Assembly: GCA_963806225.1 (NCBI GenBank)
Contig: CAWDXG010000004.1
Location: 4,448,001-4,512,000 of the forward strand
Origin: an uncultured delta proteobacterium
Lineage (GTDB): Bacteria; Myxococcota_A; Polyangia; Polyangiales; Polyangiaceae
Reading direction: 5' to 3'
Length of the DNA: 64,000 nt
Part shown: positions 19,083-28,989 of the stretch, piece after piece
Layout of the letters: the number at the start of each line of letters is the position of its first letter
Position numbering within the stretch: position 1 is the stretch's first letter
The notes under the pieces: model-generated
What the model saw: the letters and a program-made list of their open reading frames with translations, nothing else
Told to the model about the DNA's origin: nothing
Database searches by the model: none
Position numbers and translations under genes: made by a program

Positions 19083-19725
19083 CTATCCCCTCGCGTCGCT
19101 GAGCGAGCGCTTGCTGCCGGGCCGGCCGCCCGCGAGCGTCTCGTTGTGCTGCTCGGCGGACAGGCCGTGTGCGCTCGACAGCTTGGTGTCGGCATGCGGA
19201 TCGTCGGAACGCGCGATGGAATCCCGGTGCGCGGCGCTCGTCGCTCCGGACAGCGGATTCGTGCTACCGGGGCGGCCGCTCGCGAGCGTGCGTCCCTCGC
19301 CGGGTTCGACGTGGTGCGGGTGAATGTGCGTCGGCGGCGGGCTGGACGTCGCGCGCGGAGTGAAAAGGTCCGCCATGGCGCGCGGCAGATGCACGCGGAG
19401 ATGCTGGCGCCCCTCCACGCCCACGGCTTCGGAGAGCACCTGGCAGACGACCTGCGCGTGCTCCCGCGCGAAGCCGACGGGAACGCCCGCGCGATGTGCG
19501 ATTCTCGCGATAGAACACATCGGGCTCCACGTCGTTCCGGAAGCGTTCGCGGCGAAGGAATTGCGCGATGCGTTCCGGCAGGTGGCGCGCTACCTCCTTC
19601 GCGTGCGCATCGGGAAGGTGCGTGCCGAGCACCTCGAGCGTGAGCTCGATGGCGCCCTCTGCTTGCCCTTCGAGCGGCAGAACGGCCCGGTTGGCGACTT
19701 CCTGTACAAACTGTTCTTCGTTCAT
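19083..19725 (-). CDS. DUF2267-like protein with an apparent +1 frameshift near 19509
   Basis: MNEEQFVQEVA...LEVLG.HLP is in one frame and ARIAHRAG..AREHAQVVCQVL.EAV is in the next. Removing one base gives DVFYARIAHR. Confidence 0.7.
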
Positions 19726-20288
19726 GAATTGCTCCCCGCGTCGGCTATGCAGCATCCATGCCGCAAGCTGGTCGCGCCGCGCGTCATGGCATGATGAGTC
19801 AGGTCATCGGCGAGCGCGCGCAGCTGCTCCAACCCGAATGGTTTGCTCAGCACGGCGGCCACGCCCAGCCGTCCCGCGTGCGCGCGCGCGTCGTCGGTTG
19901 CGAAAGCGGTGATCAGGATCACGGGGATCCCGAGCTCGGTCCCGCCCATCGCCGCGATCGCCGCAAGCCCATCCTGGTGCGGCATGTCCACGTCGGTAAC
20001 GATCAGATCCGGAACGTCACCGGCCACGTGCATTTCCGTGACGGCTCGCACGAGCTCGTCGCCGTCCGCTACTCCCGCTACCACGAAGCCGTCGCGCTCG
20101 AGCACGCTCGCGAGCAGCACCCTGAGCTCACGGTCGTCGTCGGCGACGATGGCGCGCCTGCGCCTGCTTGTTGGCGGCATCGGCGCGCCGGCCTTCTCGG
20201 TCGGATCCAGCCCGCCGGCGTCGCCGGTCGGAGTAGGCGCGCCGGCGTCGCCGGACGGCCGCGCCGCATCGGAAAAGAGCAGAGCCAC
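19722..20288 (-). CDS. Single-domain response regulator
   Basis: IVADDD, DLIVTDVDMP, LITAF, SKPF. Start is uncertain (GTG 20288 or ATG 20180). Confidence 0.85.
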   Translation of the reverse strand: MALLFSDAARPSGDAGAPTPTGDAGGLDPTEKAGAPMPPTSRRRRAIVADDDRELRVLLASVLERDGFVVAGVADGDELVRAVTEMHVAGDVPDLIVTDVDMPHQDGLAAIAAMGGTELGIPVILITAFATDDARAHAGRLGVAAVLSKPFGLEQLRALADDLTHHAMTRGATSLRHGCCIADAGSNS

Positions 20289-20309
20289 CTGGTCCTCGGT
20301 CGGCCATGA

Positions 20310-20326
20310 AGCAGGAAGCGTTCCAG
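20310..20326 (-). promoter_or_regulatory. Putative sigma54 promoter for the response regulator
   Basis: Minus strand reads CTGGAACGCTTCCTGCT (GG-N10-GC). A palindrome TGTGG-N7-CCACA lies upstream at 20380-20396. Confidence 0.45.
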
Positions 20327-20474
20327 ATACGGCGCCGTCTGTTTGCCCGATTCCAGGGCGGTTCCGCGCTGTTGCGGGGTGTGGTGCAATGCCACAAAGG
20401 GGCGCCGTGGCCGCAGGATCGCCACAACGCGGTGTTGCCGCTCTGGGCGCTCCTGGTCTAGCTTGCCGGGCCGA

Positions 20475-20531
20475 TGGCGGTGGAGTCCGCCGGCAATCGC
20501 CGCCCGCACCGGCCAGCCAATGACTCCCCGG
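20475..20531 (+). ncRNA. Fluoride riboswitch (crcB motif)
   Basis: GGCGGTGGAGTCCGCC...AATCGCC...GCCAATGACTCC: P1 GGCGG/CCGCC and pseudoknot GGAGT/ACTCC, directly upstream of crcB. Confidence 0.85.
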
Positions 20532-20592
20532 GAAGGTTGGTGGCGCCGTAGGAGTCCCCCGGAACGTCCTCGTCGCCTGCACGGGAGAAGCG

Positions 20593-20976
20593 ATGGATAG
20601 GTTCTTGTGGGTCTGCCTGGGTAGCGCGATGGGAGGGGGACTTCGCTATCTGGTTTCGCTGGGTATGGGGCGGCTGTTCGGGCCCGCGTTTCCCTTCGGG
20701 ACGCTCACGGTGAACTTCGCGGGCTCGTTCCTGATCGCCGCGATCATGACCGTCGGGCTCACGTCCACGTTGATCGGTCCGACCACCCGGCTGCTGTTGA
20801 CGACCGGGATGATGGGAGGTCTGACGACCTACTCGACGTTCAACTACGAGACGCTGGAGCTGTACCGGAATGGCGCGGCGATGCTGGCCGCCGTGAATAT
20901 CGCCATCACGGTTGTGCTGTGCCTGGTCGGAGGCGCGCTCGGCTTTGTTGTGGGACGCTGGTTTGTGGGAACCTAG
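20593..20976 (+). CDS. crcB: Fluoride efflux channel CrcB/Fluc
   Basis: GGGLRY, FPFGTLTVN and GGLTTYSTF motifs, four TM helices. Confidence 0.95.
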   Translation: MDRFLWVCLGSAMGGGLRYLVSLGMGRLFGPAFPFGTLTVNFAGSFLIAAIMTVGLTSTLIGPTTRLLLTTGMMGGLTTYSTFNYETLELYRNGAAMLAAVNIAITVVLCLVGGALGFVVGRWFVGT

Positions 20977-21005
20977 GGATGGAGACGGGTTCCAAGGAGG
21001 GCACG

Positions 21006-21353
21006 ATGAGAGTCCTGGATGGGATGCAGACTCTGGTGAGGATTTTCATCGGGGAGAGCGACAGGTGGCACCATCAAGCGCTGACCACGGCGCTCATCGA
21101 ACGCTTGCGCAAGGAGGGGTTCGCCGGCGCGAGCGTGTTCCACGGAGTGGAGGGCTTTGGCGCGCGCAGCGTGCTTCATACGGCCCACGTGCTGCGGATG
21201 AGTGAGGATCTGCCGGTACTCATCGAGGTCGTGGACACGCAGGAGATGATCGACGAAAAGCTCCTGCCGATCCTCGACGAGATGGTCGGCGAAGGGCTCG
21301 TCACAATGGAGCCTGTGCGCGTGCTCCGCTACGCGCCGACGAAGAAAGACTAG
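21006..21353 (+). CDS. DUF190 (PII-like) protein
   Basis: AAGGAGG RBS. RIFIGESDRW, GASVFHGVEGFG, DLPVLIEVVD. Commonly found next to crcB. Confidence 0.9.
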   Translation: MRVLDGMQTLVRIFIGESDRWHHQALTTALIERLRKEGFAGASVFHGVEGFGARSVLHTAHVLRMSEDLPVLIEVVDTQEMIDEKLLPILDEMVGEGLVTMEPVRVLRYAPTKKD

Positions 21354-22624
21354 GCTCCGCGCTCGAGCAGCACGACGTGCTCGCGGCGCGGCTTCTTCCG
21401 GAACGCAGAAGCGGTCGGCGCGTGGAAGTAGGGGCGGACCTGGGACGCCACGGCGGCGAGCGACAGCTGCGCGCGCGGCGCGAGGCGTTCGAGCAACTCG
21501 TCGGCGTAGACCGCGGTCCCACCCAGAACCGAGTCGGCGATCACCAGTGCGATCTTCCCGTCCGGGTGCACGACGCGGGCCATCTCGGTCAGGCATGCGC
21601 CGAACTCGCGCTCCCAGCGCCGGAGCGCTTCGGTGTGCGGCAGTCGTGACAGATTCCGGCGCGAGCCGATCTCCTTCTTCGAGAACGAGCGGGCGTCGAG
21701 ATCGAGCCAGGCGAGTCGCGAAGCGTGGTGCTCGATGTAGTCGTACACGCCCGGATAGGGCGGCGAGCTCAGCACAAGATCGATCGAGGCGGGACGCACG
21801 TGTTCGAGATCGCGGGCATCGCCGACCGCCACGCGGGCATCCGGGGTGCGCCGGGGCACGCGCTCCGCGAAGCCGGCGATGCGCTGCTCCAGCTCTTCCG
21901 CCTTGCGCGTGAAGAGCTTGATCGTGTAGCCGCTCGCCAGCCGCCGGCCCGTCACGCGCCGCGCCGTCGTGTCGCCCGGCCGGCGGCTGACCTTGGTGAG
22001 GATGGCCGAGAGCACCAGCCGGAGCGCGCGCTTCAGATCCTCGCTCCCGGCCAGCGCGTCGATGCCCGCCTTGAGCCCGTCCAGCTCCAGCAGCACGTGC
22101 ACCTCGAACAGCTCGCGATCTTCCGCGTCGTAGCGCCGTGTCGGTCCGGCCTTCGCCTTGCGCCGCGTCTCGGCGTGCTCCGCGACCTGGCGCGCGGCGG
22201 CCAGGAGCTCCGCACGCCGGCGCGGAGGCAGGCTCCGGGTCTTGAGCCAGGCGAGCTCGACCGCGAGGGGGTTGGCGTCCACCCCGAACGCCTGCCGTCC
22301 GAGCAGCCGCGCCTCCACGAGCACCGTGCCACTGCCGCAGAACGGGTCGAGAACGCGGGCGTGGGCGCGGGTCAGTTTCTCGATCAAGCGCGAGGCCGTA
22401 AGCGGGTGCAACCGCGCCGGATAGCTGTGGAAGCCATGCACGTGCGCCATGACCGCCTTCTCGTCCGGCGTCACGTCGAGCGCCTGCTCCAGCGCGCTCT
22501 TCTCCTGCTCGCTGCCGCCGCGGAATTCGACCTTGCCGCCCACGTGGCTCAACGCCCGGCGTTCAGCGCGTTCCTGCGGCTCGGGTTCGGTCTTGGGGGC
22601 GGTCTTGCGCTTGCGCGTGGCCAT
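21350..22624 (-). CDS. Orphan amino-methyltransferase (N4C/N6A DNA methylase-like)
   Basis: HGFHSYPA, motif I DPFCGSGT, motif IV SPPY. Confidence 0.8.
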   Translation of the reverse strand: MATRKRKTAPKTEPEPQERAERRALSHVGGKVEFRGGSEQEKSALEQALDVTPDEKAVMAHVHGFHSYPARLHPLTASRLIEKLTRAHARVLDPFCGSGTVLVEARLLGRQAFGVDANPLAVELAWLKTRSLPPRRRAELLAAARQVAEHAETRRKAKAGPTRRYDAEDRELFEVHVLLELDGLKAGIDALAGSEDLKRALRLVLSAILTKVSRRPGDTTARRVTGRRLASGYTIKLFTRKAEELEQRIAGFAERVPRRTPDARVAVGDARDLEHVRPASIDLVLSSPPYPGVYDYIEHHASRLAWLDLDARSFSKKEIGSRRNLSRLPHTEALRRWEREFGACLTEMARVVHPDGKIALVIADSVLGGTAVYADELLERLAPRAQLSLAAVASQVRPYFHAPTASAFRKKPRREHVVLLERGA

Positions 22625-22899
22625 CGGCTCGCACGTTGTACTGCCCACTCGGGGAAAGTCCCGAGGAAATTCGGTGCCGGCTGGATCAGCGGCGCACGCT
22701 GACCTCTTGCGGTAGTGCATCGAGTGCATCCTGGCACTCGCGCGCGGTAGCGGTCCTTCCGTCGAACGATTCGCCGGGGATCGCTTCCAGCGAGGAGAAG
22801 GGCAGGGGCACGACGCGGCCGAGCGATCGGACGATGGTGGCTGCACCCCGCGCGCAGATCGCCCGCCGCCTCTCCACCGCGCGCTGCTTTGACGCTAGC

Positions 22900-25800
22900 A
22901 TGTCACGAGTCATGCGGGCCGGCGATCTCGTCGCGGACAGGTTCGAGCTCCTGGAGCTAGCCGGCGAGGGCGGCATGGGGGTGGTCTTCCGCGCCCGCGA
23001 CAGGCAGAGGGGAGTGGACGTCGCGCTCAAGCTGCTGCGCGACGAGACCGTGTGGCACGAGGCGCGCCGCAGCCGCTTCGCGCGCGAGGCGCGCGTGCTT
23101 GCCGAGCTCCGCCACCCGAACGTGGTGCAGTACGTGGCGCACGGAGTCGACGAGGCGGAGCGCTACTACCTGGCGATGGAATGGCTCGAGGGCGAGGACC
23201 TGGCGGCGCGACTGCAGCGGGAGGGCCTGACCGTCGACGAAAGCCTGGGTGTCGCGCGGCAGGCCGCTTCAGCGCTGGCGCACGCACACGCGCAGGGCGT
23301 GGTGCACCGCGATCTCAAGCCGGCCAATCTGTTTCTAGTCGACGGTCGTGTCGACCGGATCAAGGTGCTCGACTTCGGGCTTGCACGGCTTCGTCTGAAC
23401 GCGGAGCAGGCCGTTACCCTGACGCGCAATGGCGTGCCCATCGGGACGCTCGGCTACATGGCGCCCGAGCAGGCGCGCGGCCAGGGTGACGTGGACGCCA
23501 GCGCGGATGTGTTCTCGCTCGGTTGCGTGTTGTTCGAGTGCCTGACCGGGCGGGAAGTGTTCTGCGGCGATCACATTCTCGCCGTGCTTGCCAAGATCGT
23601 GCTCGACGACGCGCCGCGTGTTCGCGAGCTCCGCCCCGACGTGCCCAGGGACGTGGATCGGCTCGTGAAGCGCATGCTCGAGAAAGAGTGCAGCGCACGC
23701 TTTGCGAACGGCGCGTCGCTTCTCTCCGCGCTGTCCGCCCTGGGGGACAGGCTCGCAGCGGGCGCAGCTCCGTCGATCCGCCCCTCTGGTCTGACCCGTG
23801 ACGAGCGCGTGGTGCTGAGCGTAATCCTCGTGGGACAGGCGTACGGACTGTCGGACGATACGCTGTCTGCCGCCGCGCTCGACGACCTCCTGTTCGGGCT
23901 GCGTGCGCGCGCCGACGCATACGACGCGCGGCTCGAGCCGCTCGCCGACGGCTCCCTCGTGCTGACCCTGATGGGGCACGAGGCTGCCAGCGACCAGGCA
24001 TCGCGTGCCGCGCGCTGTGCTCTCGACTTCCGCGCCGCCTTGCCCGATGTAAAGATGGCGCTGGCGACCGGCTGGGGTGTCGCAGCGGGCCGGTTGCCCG
24101 TCGGCGACGTCGTTGATCAGGCGGCGCGTCTGCTCGCGTTCGAGACCGCACCGGATGCGGTGCGCATCGACGACGTGACTGCGGGTCTGTTGCCCTCGCG
24201 TTTCCAGGTGAGCGGAGACGCGGGCGGGTTGACGCTACTGGTCGAGCGCGACGTGGCCGCGCCGGCCCGCCTGCTGCTGGGCAAGCCGAGCCCTTGCGTC
24301 GGCCGCCGGCGCGAGCTCGGGACGCTTGAAGCGATCGCAGCCGAGTGCTCCGGCGAGCCCGTGTCGCGCGCTGTGCTGATCACGGGCCCCGCCGGCATCG
24401 GGAAATCGCGGCTCCGCTACGAGCTCGTCAAGAGGCTCGAGGCTCGCGGCGACGCCGAGCTGTGGATAGCGCGCGGCGACTCGATGCGCGCCGGCTCTCC
24501 TTTCGGCCTGCTCGCGCAGACGATCCGGCGCGCCTGCAACATGGCCAACGACGAGCCGCTCGACGTGCAGCAGCTGAAGCTCGCGCTGCGCGTGGCGCGC
24601 CACGTGCCGCAGGGCGACCGCGCCCGGGTCGCGGAATTCCTTGCCGAACCGTGCGGCGTGCCGTTCGTGGGCGATGTCAGCGTCCAGCTCAGGGCTGCGC
24701 GACAGGATGCGATGTTGATGAGCGACCAGATCCGCCGCGCATGGGAGGACTTCGTACAAGCCGAGTGCCGCGCGCACTTCGTTCTGCTCGTGCTCGAAGA
24801 TCTGCAATGGGGCGACCTGCCGACCGTGAAGCTGGTGGGCGGCGCGCTGCGCAGCGCGCAGGAGCTGCCGCTGATGGTGCTCGGCGTGGCGCGTCCCGAG
24901 GTGCACGACGTGTTCCCCGGGTTGTGGAGCGACCGCAGCCTGCACAAGCTCACGGTCGGTGGGCTGAGCCGTCGGGCGGGCGTGGAGCTGGCGCGCGGGA
25001 TGCTCGGCGAAAGCGCCAGCGACGCCGAGATCGATCGCATCGTGGAGCGCGCCAGCGGCAACTCGTTCTACCTGGAGGAGCTGATCCGCGCTCACGCCGA
25101 GGGCCGCTACGCCGCACTGCCGGAAACGGTGCTGGCGATGGTCCAGAGCCGGCTCGAAGCCATGGAGCAGGAAGCGCGGCGAGTGCTCCGCGCGGCCAGC
25201 GTGTTCGGTCAGGTGTCCTGGCTCGGCGGGGTGGCGGAGTTGCTCGGCGGACCGGGGCATGTCGGCGAAGCGCGTGAGTGGCTGACGGAGCTGGAAACAC
25301 GCGAAGTGATTTCCCGGCGCAGCGCGTCGCGCTTCTCCGGTGAAACCGAATACACTTTCCGTCACGCCTTGGTGCGTGAGGCCGCGTACGCGATGCTCAC
25401 CGACGCCGATCGCGTGCTCGGTCATCGCCTGGCCGGATACTGGCTCGAAGGCGCAGGCGAGAGCGACGCGTCGCTCGTCGCCGAGCATCTCGAGCAAGGT
25501 GGGGAGCGGGAGCGCGCCGTCCCCTGGTGGCTGGCCGCCGCCGAAAGCGCGCTCGACGCCAGCGATTTCGACGCGGCCGCGGAGCACGCCCAGCGCGGCG
25601 TCGGGTGCGACGCGGAGGGCGAGGTGCTCGGCGCCTTGTTGCTCGTGTTGGCCGAAGCCGAGCGCTGGCGCGGCGCGCCGGACCATGCGGAGCGAACTGC
25701 GCGGCAGGCCATGCGTCTGCTGCCACGTGGCGGCGCGCGGTTCTGCCACGCTCTAGCCGAGCTCGCTCTGCTCTACCAGCGCCTGGGTCGTCCTGCCGAG

Positions 25801-26787
25801 CTCGAGCGGATAGCGCGCGAGCTTCTGGAGCTCCGCGACGTGGAAGCGCCGGATGCGCTCGCCATCGCGGCGCTGCGAGCGGCGGTGGGTCTGCTCCTTG
25901 CGGGCGAGCGCGGGCTGGCGACGGAGCTAGTCGGCGCGGTCCGCCAGCGCGGCGCGGCAGAGCCCGAGAGCCCCGTCACCCAGGCGTGGCTCTGCATCTT
26001 CGACGCGATCGAAGCGCTCCACGCGGGCGACCTGAGCCGCTACCTCGAGCAGGAGCGCGCTGCGCTGGAGCACTACGAGCAGGCCGGCGATCTGCGCCGC
26101 GCGCTCAACGAGTCGGTCAGCGTCGGCTATGCGTACATGGAGCTGGGCGCGTACCGCGAGGCCGAGGAGGCGCTCCGTGCTGGGCTCGAGGCCGCCGAGC
26201 GCAGTGGCCTCGCGCATCCAGCGGCGGCGGCACGGCACAACCTGGGCCTCGTGGTGGCGCATCTGGGACGCGTCGACGAGGGGGTCGAGACGGAGCGCGC
26301 CGCGATCGCCACGTTCGTGAAGCAGCAGGATGTACGCCTCGAAGCTGCGGGGCGCATCTACCTCGCGTGCATCCACCTGCTCGCGGAGCAGCACGAGCTC
26401 GCGGCACACGAGGCGAGCGAGGGCGTCGCGCTTGCCAGGGAGGCTGCCCCGCCGGTTGTGCCCATGGCGCTTGCGGCGCTGGCCCAGGCGCGGCTCGCGC
26501 AGGGCCGCGCCGGCGACGCGCACGACGCGATCAACGCGGCGCTGGAGCAGGCGCGCTCGAGCGGCGAGATCGAAGGCGGCGATTCGCTGCTGCACCTGGT
26601 GCTGGCCGAAACACGCCACGCGCTCGGCGACCAGGCCGGAGCCCGGAGCGCGATCGCCACCGCACGCGATCGGCTGCTCGACCGCGCCGCCAGGATCCGC
26701 GATCCTTCTCTGCGCCAGAGCTTCCTCGAGAACGTGCGCGACAACGCGCGCACGCTCGAGCTCGCCGGGGCGTGGCTCGGCGAATAG
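22900..26787 (+). CDS. Ser/Thr protein kinase with cyclase-like, AAA ATPase and TPR-like regions
   Basis: GEGGMG, HRDLKPAN, DFG, APE. Walker A GPAGIGKS, LEDLQW. C-terminal helical repeats. Confidence 0.9.
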   Translation: MSRVMRAGDLVADRFELLELAGEGGMGVVFRARDRQRGVDVALKLLRDETVWHEARRSRFAREARVLAELRHPNVVQYVAHGVDEAERYYLAMEWLEGEDLAARLQREGLTVDESLGVARQAASALAHAHAQGVVHRDLKPANLFLVDGRVDRIKVLDFGLARLRLNAEQAVTLTRNGVPIGTLGYMAPEQARGQGDVDASADVFSLGCVLFECLTGREVFCGDHILAVLAKIVLDDAPRVRELRPDVPRDVDRLVKRMLEKECSARFANGASLLSALSALGDRLAAGAAPSIRPSGLTRDERVVLSVILVGQAYGLSDDTLSAAALDDLLFGLRARADAYDARLEPLADGSLVLTLMGHEAASDQASRAARCALDFRAALPDVKMALATGWGVAAGRLPVGDVVDQAARLLAFETAPDAVRIDDVTAGLLPSRFQVSGDAGGLTLLVERDVAAPARLLLGKPSPCVGRRRELGTLEAIAAECSGEPVSRAVLITGPAGIGKSRLRYELVKRLEARGDAELWIARGDSMRAGSPFGLLAQTIRRACNMANDEPLDVQQLKLALRVARHVPQGDRARVAEFLAEPCGVPFVGDVSVQLRAARQDAMLMSDQIRRAWEDFVQAECRAHFVLLVLEDLQWGDLPTVKLVGGALRSAQELPLMVLGVARPEVHDVFPGLWSDRSLHKLTVGGLSRRAGVELARGMLGESASDAEIDRIVERASGNSFYLEELIRAHAEGRYAALPETVLAMVQSRLEAMEQEARRVLRAASVFGQVSWLGGVAELLGGPGHVGEAREWLTELETREVISRRSASRFSGETEYTFRHALVREAAYAMLTDADRVLGHRLAGYWLEGAGESDASLVAEHLEQGGERERAVPWWLAAAESALDASDFDAAAEHAQRGVGCDAEGEVLGALLLVLAEAERWRGAPDHAERTARQAMRLLPRGGARFCHALAELALLYQRLGRPAELERIARELLELRDVEAPDALAIAALRAAVGLLLAGERGLATELVGAVRQRGAAEPESPVTQAWLCIFDAIEALHAGDLSRYLEQERAALEHYEQAGDLRRALNESVSVGYAYMELGAYREAEEALRAGLEAAERSGLAHPAAAARHNLGLVVAHLGRVDEGVETERAAIATFVKQQDVRLEAAGRIYLACIHLLAEQHELAAHEASEGVALAREAAPPVVPMALAALAQARLAQGRAGDAHDAINAALEQARSSGEIEGGDSLLHLVLAETRHALGDQAGARSAIATARDRLLDRAARIRDPSLRQSFLENVRDNARTLELAGAWLGE

Positions 26788-26844
26788 CACGCCCCTTGCG
26801 CGACTATGCGTTCATCTCCAGGTTGGCAGACCAACCGGTTGGTC

Positions 26845-28005
26845 ATGTTCGTCCTTCACGCCCTTGTCGCAGCCCTGTGGCTCGCGTTCCGCATGCTTTG
26901 GGAGATCTTCTGGGGCCTTGCGCTCGGCTTCACCATATCCGCGATCATCGAGACCTTGGTCTCCAAGGACGAGATGTCGCGGCTTCTTCCGGACGCCTCG
27001 CCGCGCTCGCTCGGGTTCGCCAGTGTCCTCGGCGCCGCGTCCTCTTCGTGCTCCTACGCCGCGGTGGCGATGGCGCGGTCCATCGTCCGCAAGGGCGGCG
27101 ACTTCACCGCCGCCATCGCCTTCCAGTTTGCGGCTACCAATCTGGTGCTGGAGCTGGGCGTGCTGCTGTGGCTCTTGTTGGGCTGGCAGTTCACCGCCGC
27201 CGAGTTCCTCGGAGGCGCGGTGATGATCGTGGGCCTGGCGATGCTCTTCCGTCTGCTGCTACCGGCGCCGAAGGTGAAAGCGGCCCGCGCCCAGGCCGAC
27301 AAAGGGGTCGTCGGCAGCAGCATGGAGGGCCACGCCCAGATGGCGATGAGCGCCCGCCAGGGCCGCTGGCTCGACCGGCTCAGGTCGAAGCAGGGTTGGA
27401 TCGCCATCAGCCACGACTACGTCATGAACTGGTCGATGTTGTGGCGCGACATCCTCGCTGGCGTTCTCATCGCCGGGGCTCTCGGCAGCTGGGTGCCGCA
27501 TGCCTTCTGGCAGTCGTTCTTCCTGGTGCACCATCCGCTGCTGGCGCCGATCTGGGGGGCTGTCATCGGTCCGCTCATCGCCCTGATTAGCTTCACGTGC
27601 TCGGTGGGCAACGTGCCTCTGGCGGCGGTGCTCTGGAACGGCGGTATCAGTTTCGGCGGGGTCGTTGCCTTCATCTTCGGCGACCTCATCATCGTCCCGA
27701 TCCTGCTCATCTACCGAAAGTACTACGGCGGCTGGATGACGGGCTTCCTGTTCATCACTTCCTACGCGACCATGGTGGTGGCGGCACTGGTGGTGGAAGG
27801 GGTCTTCGCGCTGTCCGGTTGGACGCCATCGGTGCGCCACGCCACCGTCGTCACCGCCAGCATCAGCTGGAACTACACGACAGTGCTCGACCTGGTCTTC
27901 GGCACCGTGAGCGTACTGCTCGTCGTCGTATTTGCCAGCACCGGCGGAGTGAAGATGATGCGGCACATGAAGCAAATGGACGCCCCGTCGCACGGACACG
28001 GCTAG
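26845..28005 (+). CDS. Permease (DUF318/ArsP-like)
   Basis: SSSCSYAA and FTCSVGNVP motifs, multiple TM helices, His-rich C-terminus. Confidence 0.8.
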   Translation: MFVLHALVAALWLAFRMLWEIFWGLALGFTISAIIETLVSKDEMSRLLPDASPRSLGFASVLGAASSSCSYAAVAMARSIVRKGGDFTAAIAFQFAATNLVLELGVLLWLLLGWQFTAAEFLGGAVMIVGLAMLFRLLLPAPKVKAARAQADKGVVGSSMEGHAQMAMSARQGRWLDRLRSKQGWIAISHDYVMNWSMLWRDILAGVLIAGALGSWVPHAFWQSFFLVHHPLLAPIWGAVIGPLIALISFTCSVGNVPLAAVLWNGGISFGGVVAFIFGDLIIVPILLIYRKYYGGWMTGFLFITSYATMVVAALVVEGVFALSGWTPSVRHATVVTASISWNYTTVLDLVFGTVSVLLVVVFASTGGVKMMRHMKQMDAPSHGHG

Positions 28006-28008
28006 CCG

Positions 28009-28971
28009 CTAGTTGTCGAAACGCTCCAGCGTTGTCCAGGGGAAAGGCCGCCAGAACGGGGTCTTCACCGGGTCGCCCGTCTTCAGTTCGAACCAGACCG
28101 CCTTCGGCGCCGGGCGCAGCACCTGGAAGCTCTGCGCCGGCATGTAGCTCTGGCCCAGCAGGGCGACGCGCCGACCCTGGGCGTCCCGCGCGAGATCCAG
28201 CACCAGCACGGAGTGGCCGGGATTGCCGGGCATGATGAAGAAGTCGCCGGGCGCGAGATCAGCGGGCTTCACGCGCTTGGCCTGTCGCGCGACGCTAACC
28301 GTGTTGGCCCAGGCGAAAACCGCGTCGAGGTAGTGGCGGAAGGCGCGATGATCGCTCGCGGGTTTCGATGCGGGCTGCCAGCGGATGTTGGCGCCGTTCG
28401 CTCTGACCCGTTCGCCGCGCGCCCAGCGCGAGAAGGGCAGCAACGTGCCGCTCGCGGCGCGGTAGGTCATATCGCGGCGCCCCTTCGACCACTGCCATTC
28501 CGCGTTCATGCGGATGACGGCGTCGGCGCACTGCTGCAGATCCGCCTTGCCCACGTCGATGGCGACGACCGCTGCAATGCGCGGATCGCTCGCGGGGTGC
28601 AGCACCGTGCCCGCGTAGCTCACCACGGGTGTGCCAGGCGCGGCCAGCGGCAGCCCGCGCAGCCACGCTCCGAAGCTGCGGGCGGAAAGCCGCACGCGCG
28701 AAAAGCCCTGCGGAGCGGGGAAGCGCGCCTGGAGCGTGTCGACCGGCGCGGGGGCGTGCGCGCCGGGGTCGGTTAGCCAGGCGTACGCCTTGCGATCGAT
28801 CGGTCGCTGGTGCGGGACGCGAGGCGGCGTCGTGGGCGCGGACGCGGCGGGTACGGCAAGGGCGACGGGCGCCGCGCTGCGAGCCGGCTCGGCCCGCGCC
28901 GCCGCCGCGTGGTCGCACGCCCCAAGCGCGGGCAGTGCCAGGAACAGGAGGCAGGCCCGGACCCGTGCCAT
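28009..28971 (-). CDS. DUF4846-like lipoprotein
   Basis: Lipobox LGAC. DLQQCADA, GNPGH, LGQSYMPAQ. Confidence 0.75.
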   Translation of the reverse strand: MARVRACLLFLALPALGACDHAAAARAEPARSAAPVALAVPAASAPTTPPRVPHQRPIDRKAYAWLTDPGAHAPAPVDTLQARFPAPQGFSRVRLSARSFGAWLRGLPLAAPGTPVVSYAGTVLHPASDPRIAAVVAIDVGKADLQQCADAVIRMNAEWQWSKGRRDMTYRAASGTLLPFSRWARGERVRANGANIRWQPASKPASDHRAFRHYLDAVFAWANTVSVARQAKRVKPADLAPGDFFIMPGNPGHSVLVLDLARDAQGRRVALLGQSYMPAQSFQVLRPAPKAVWFELKTGDPVKTPFWRPFPWTTLERFDN

Positions 28972-28989
28972 GGCTCTCTCGAGTGTGGC

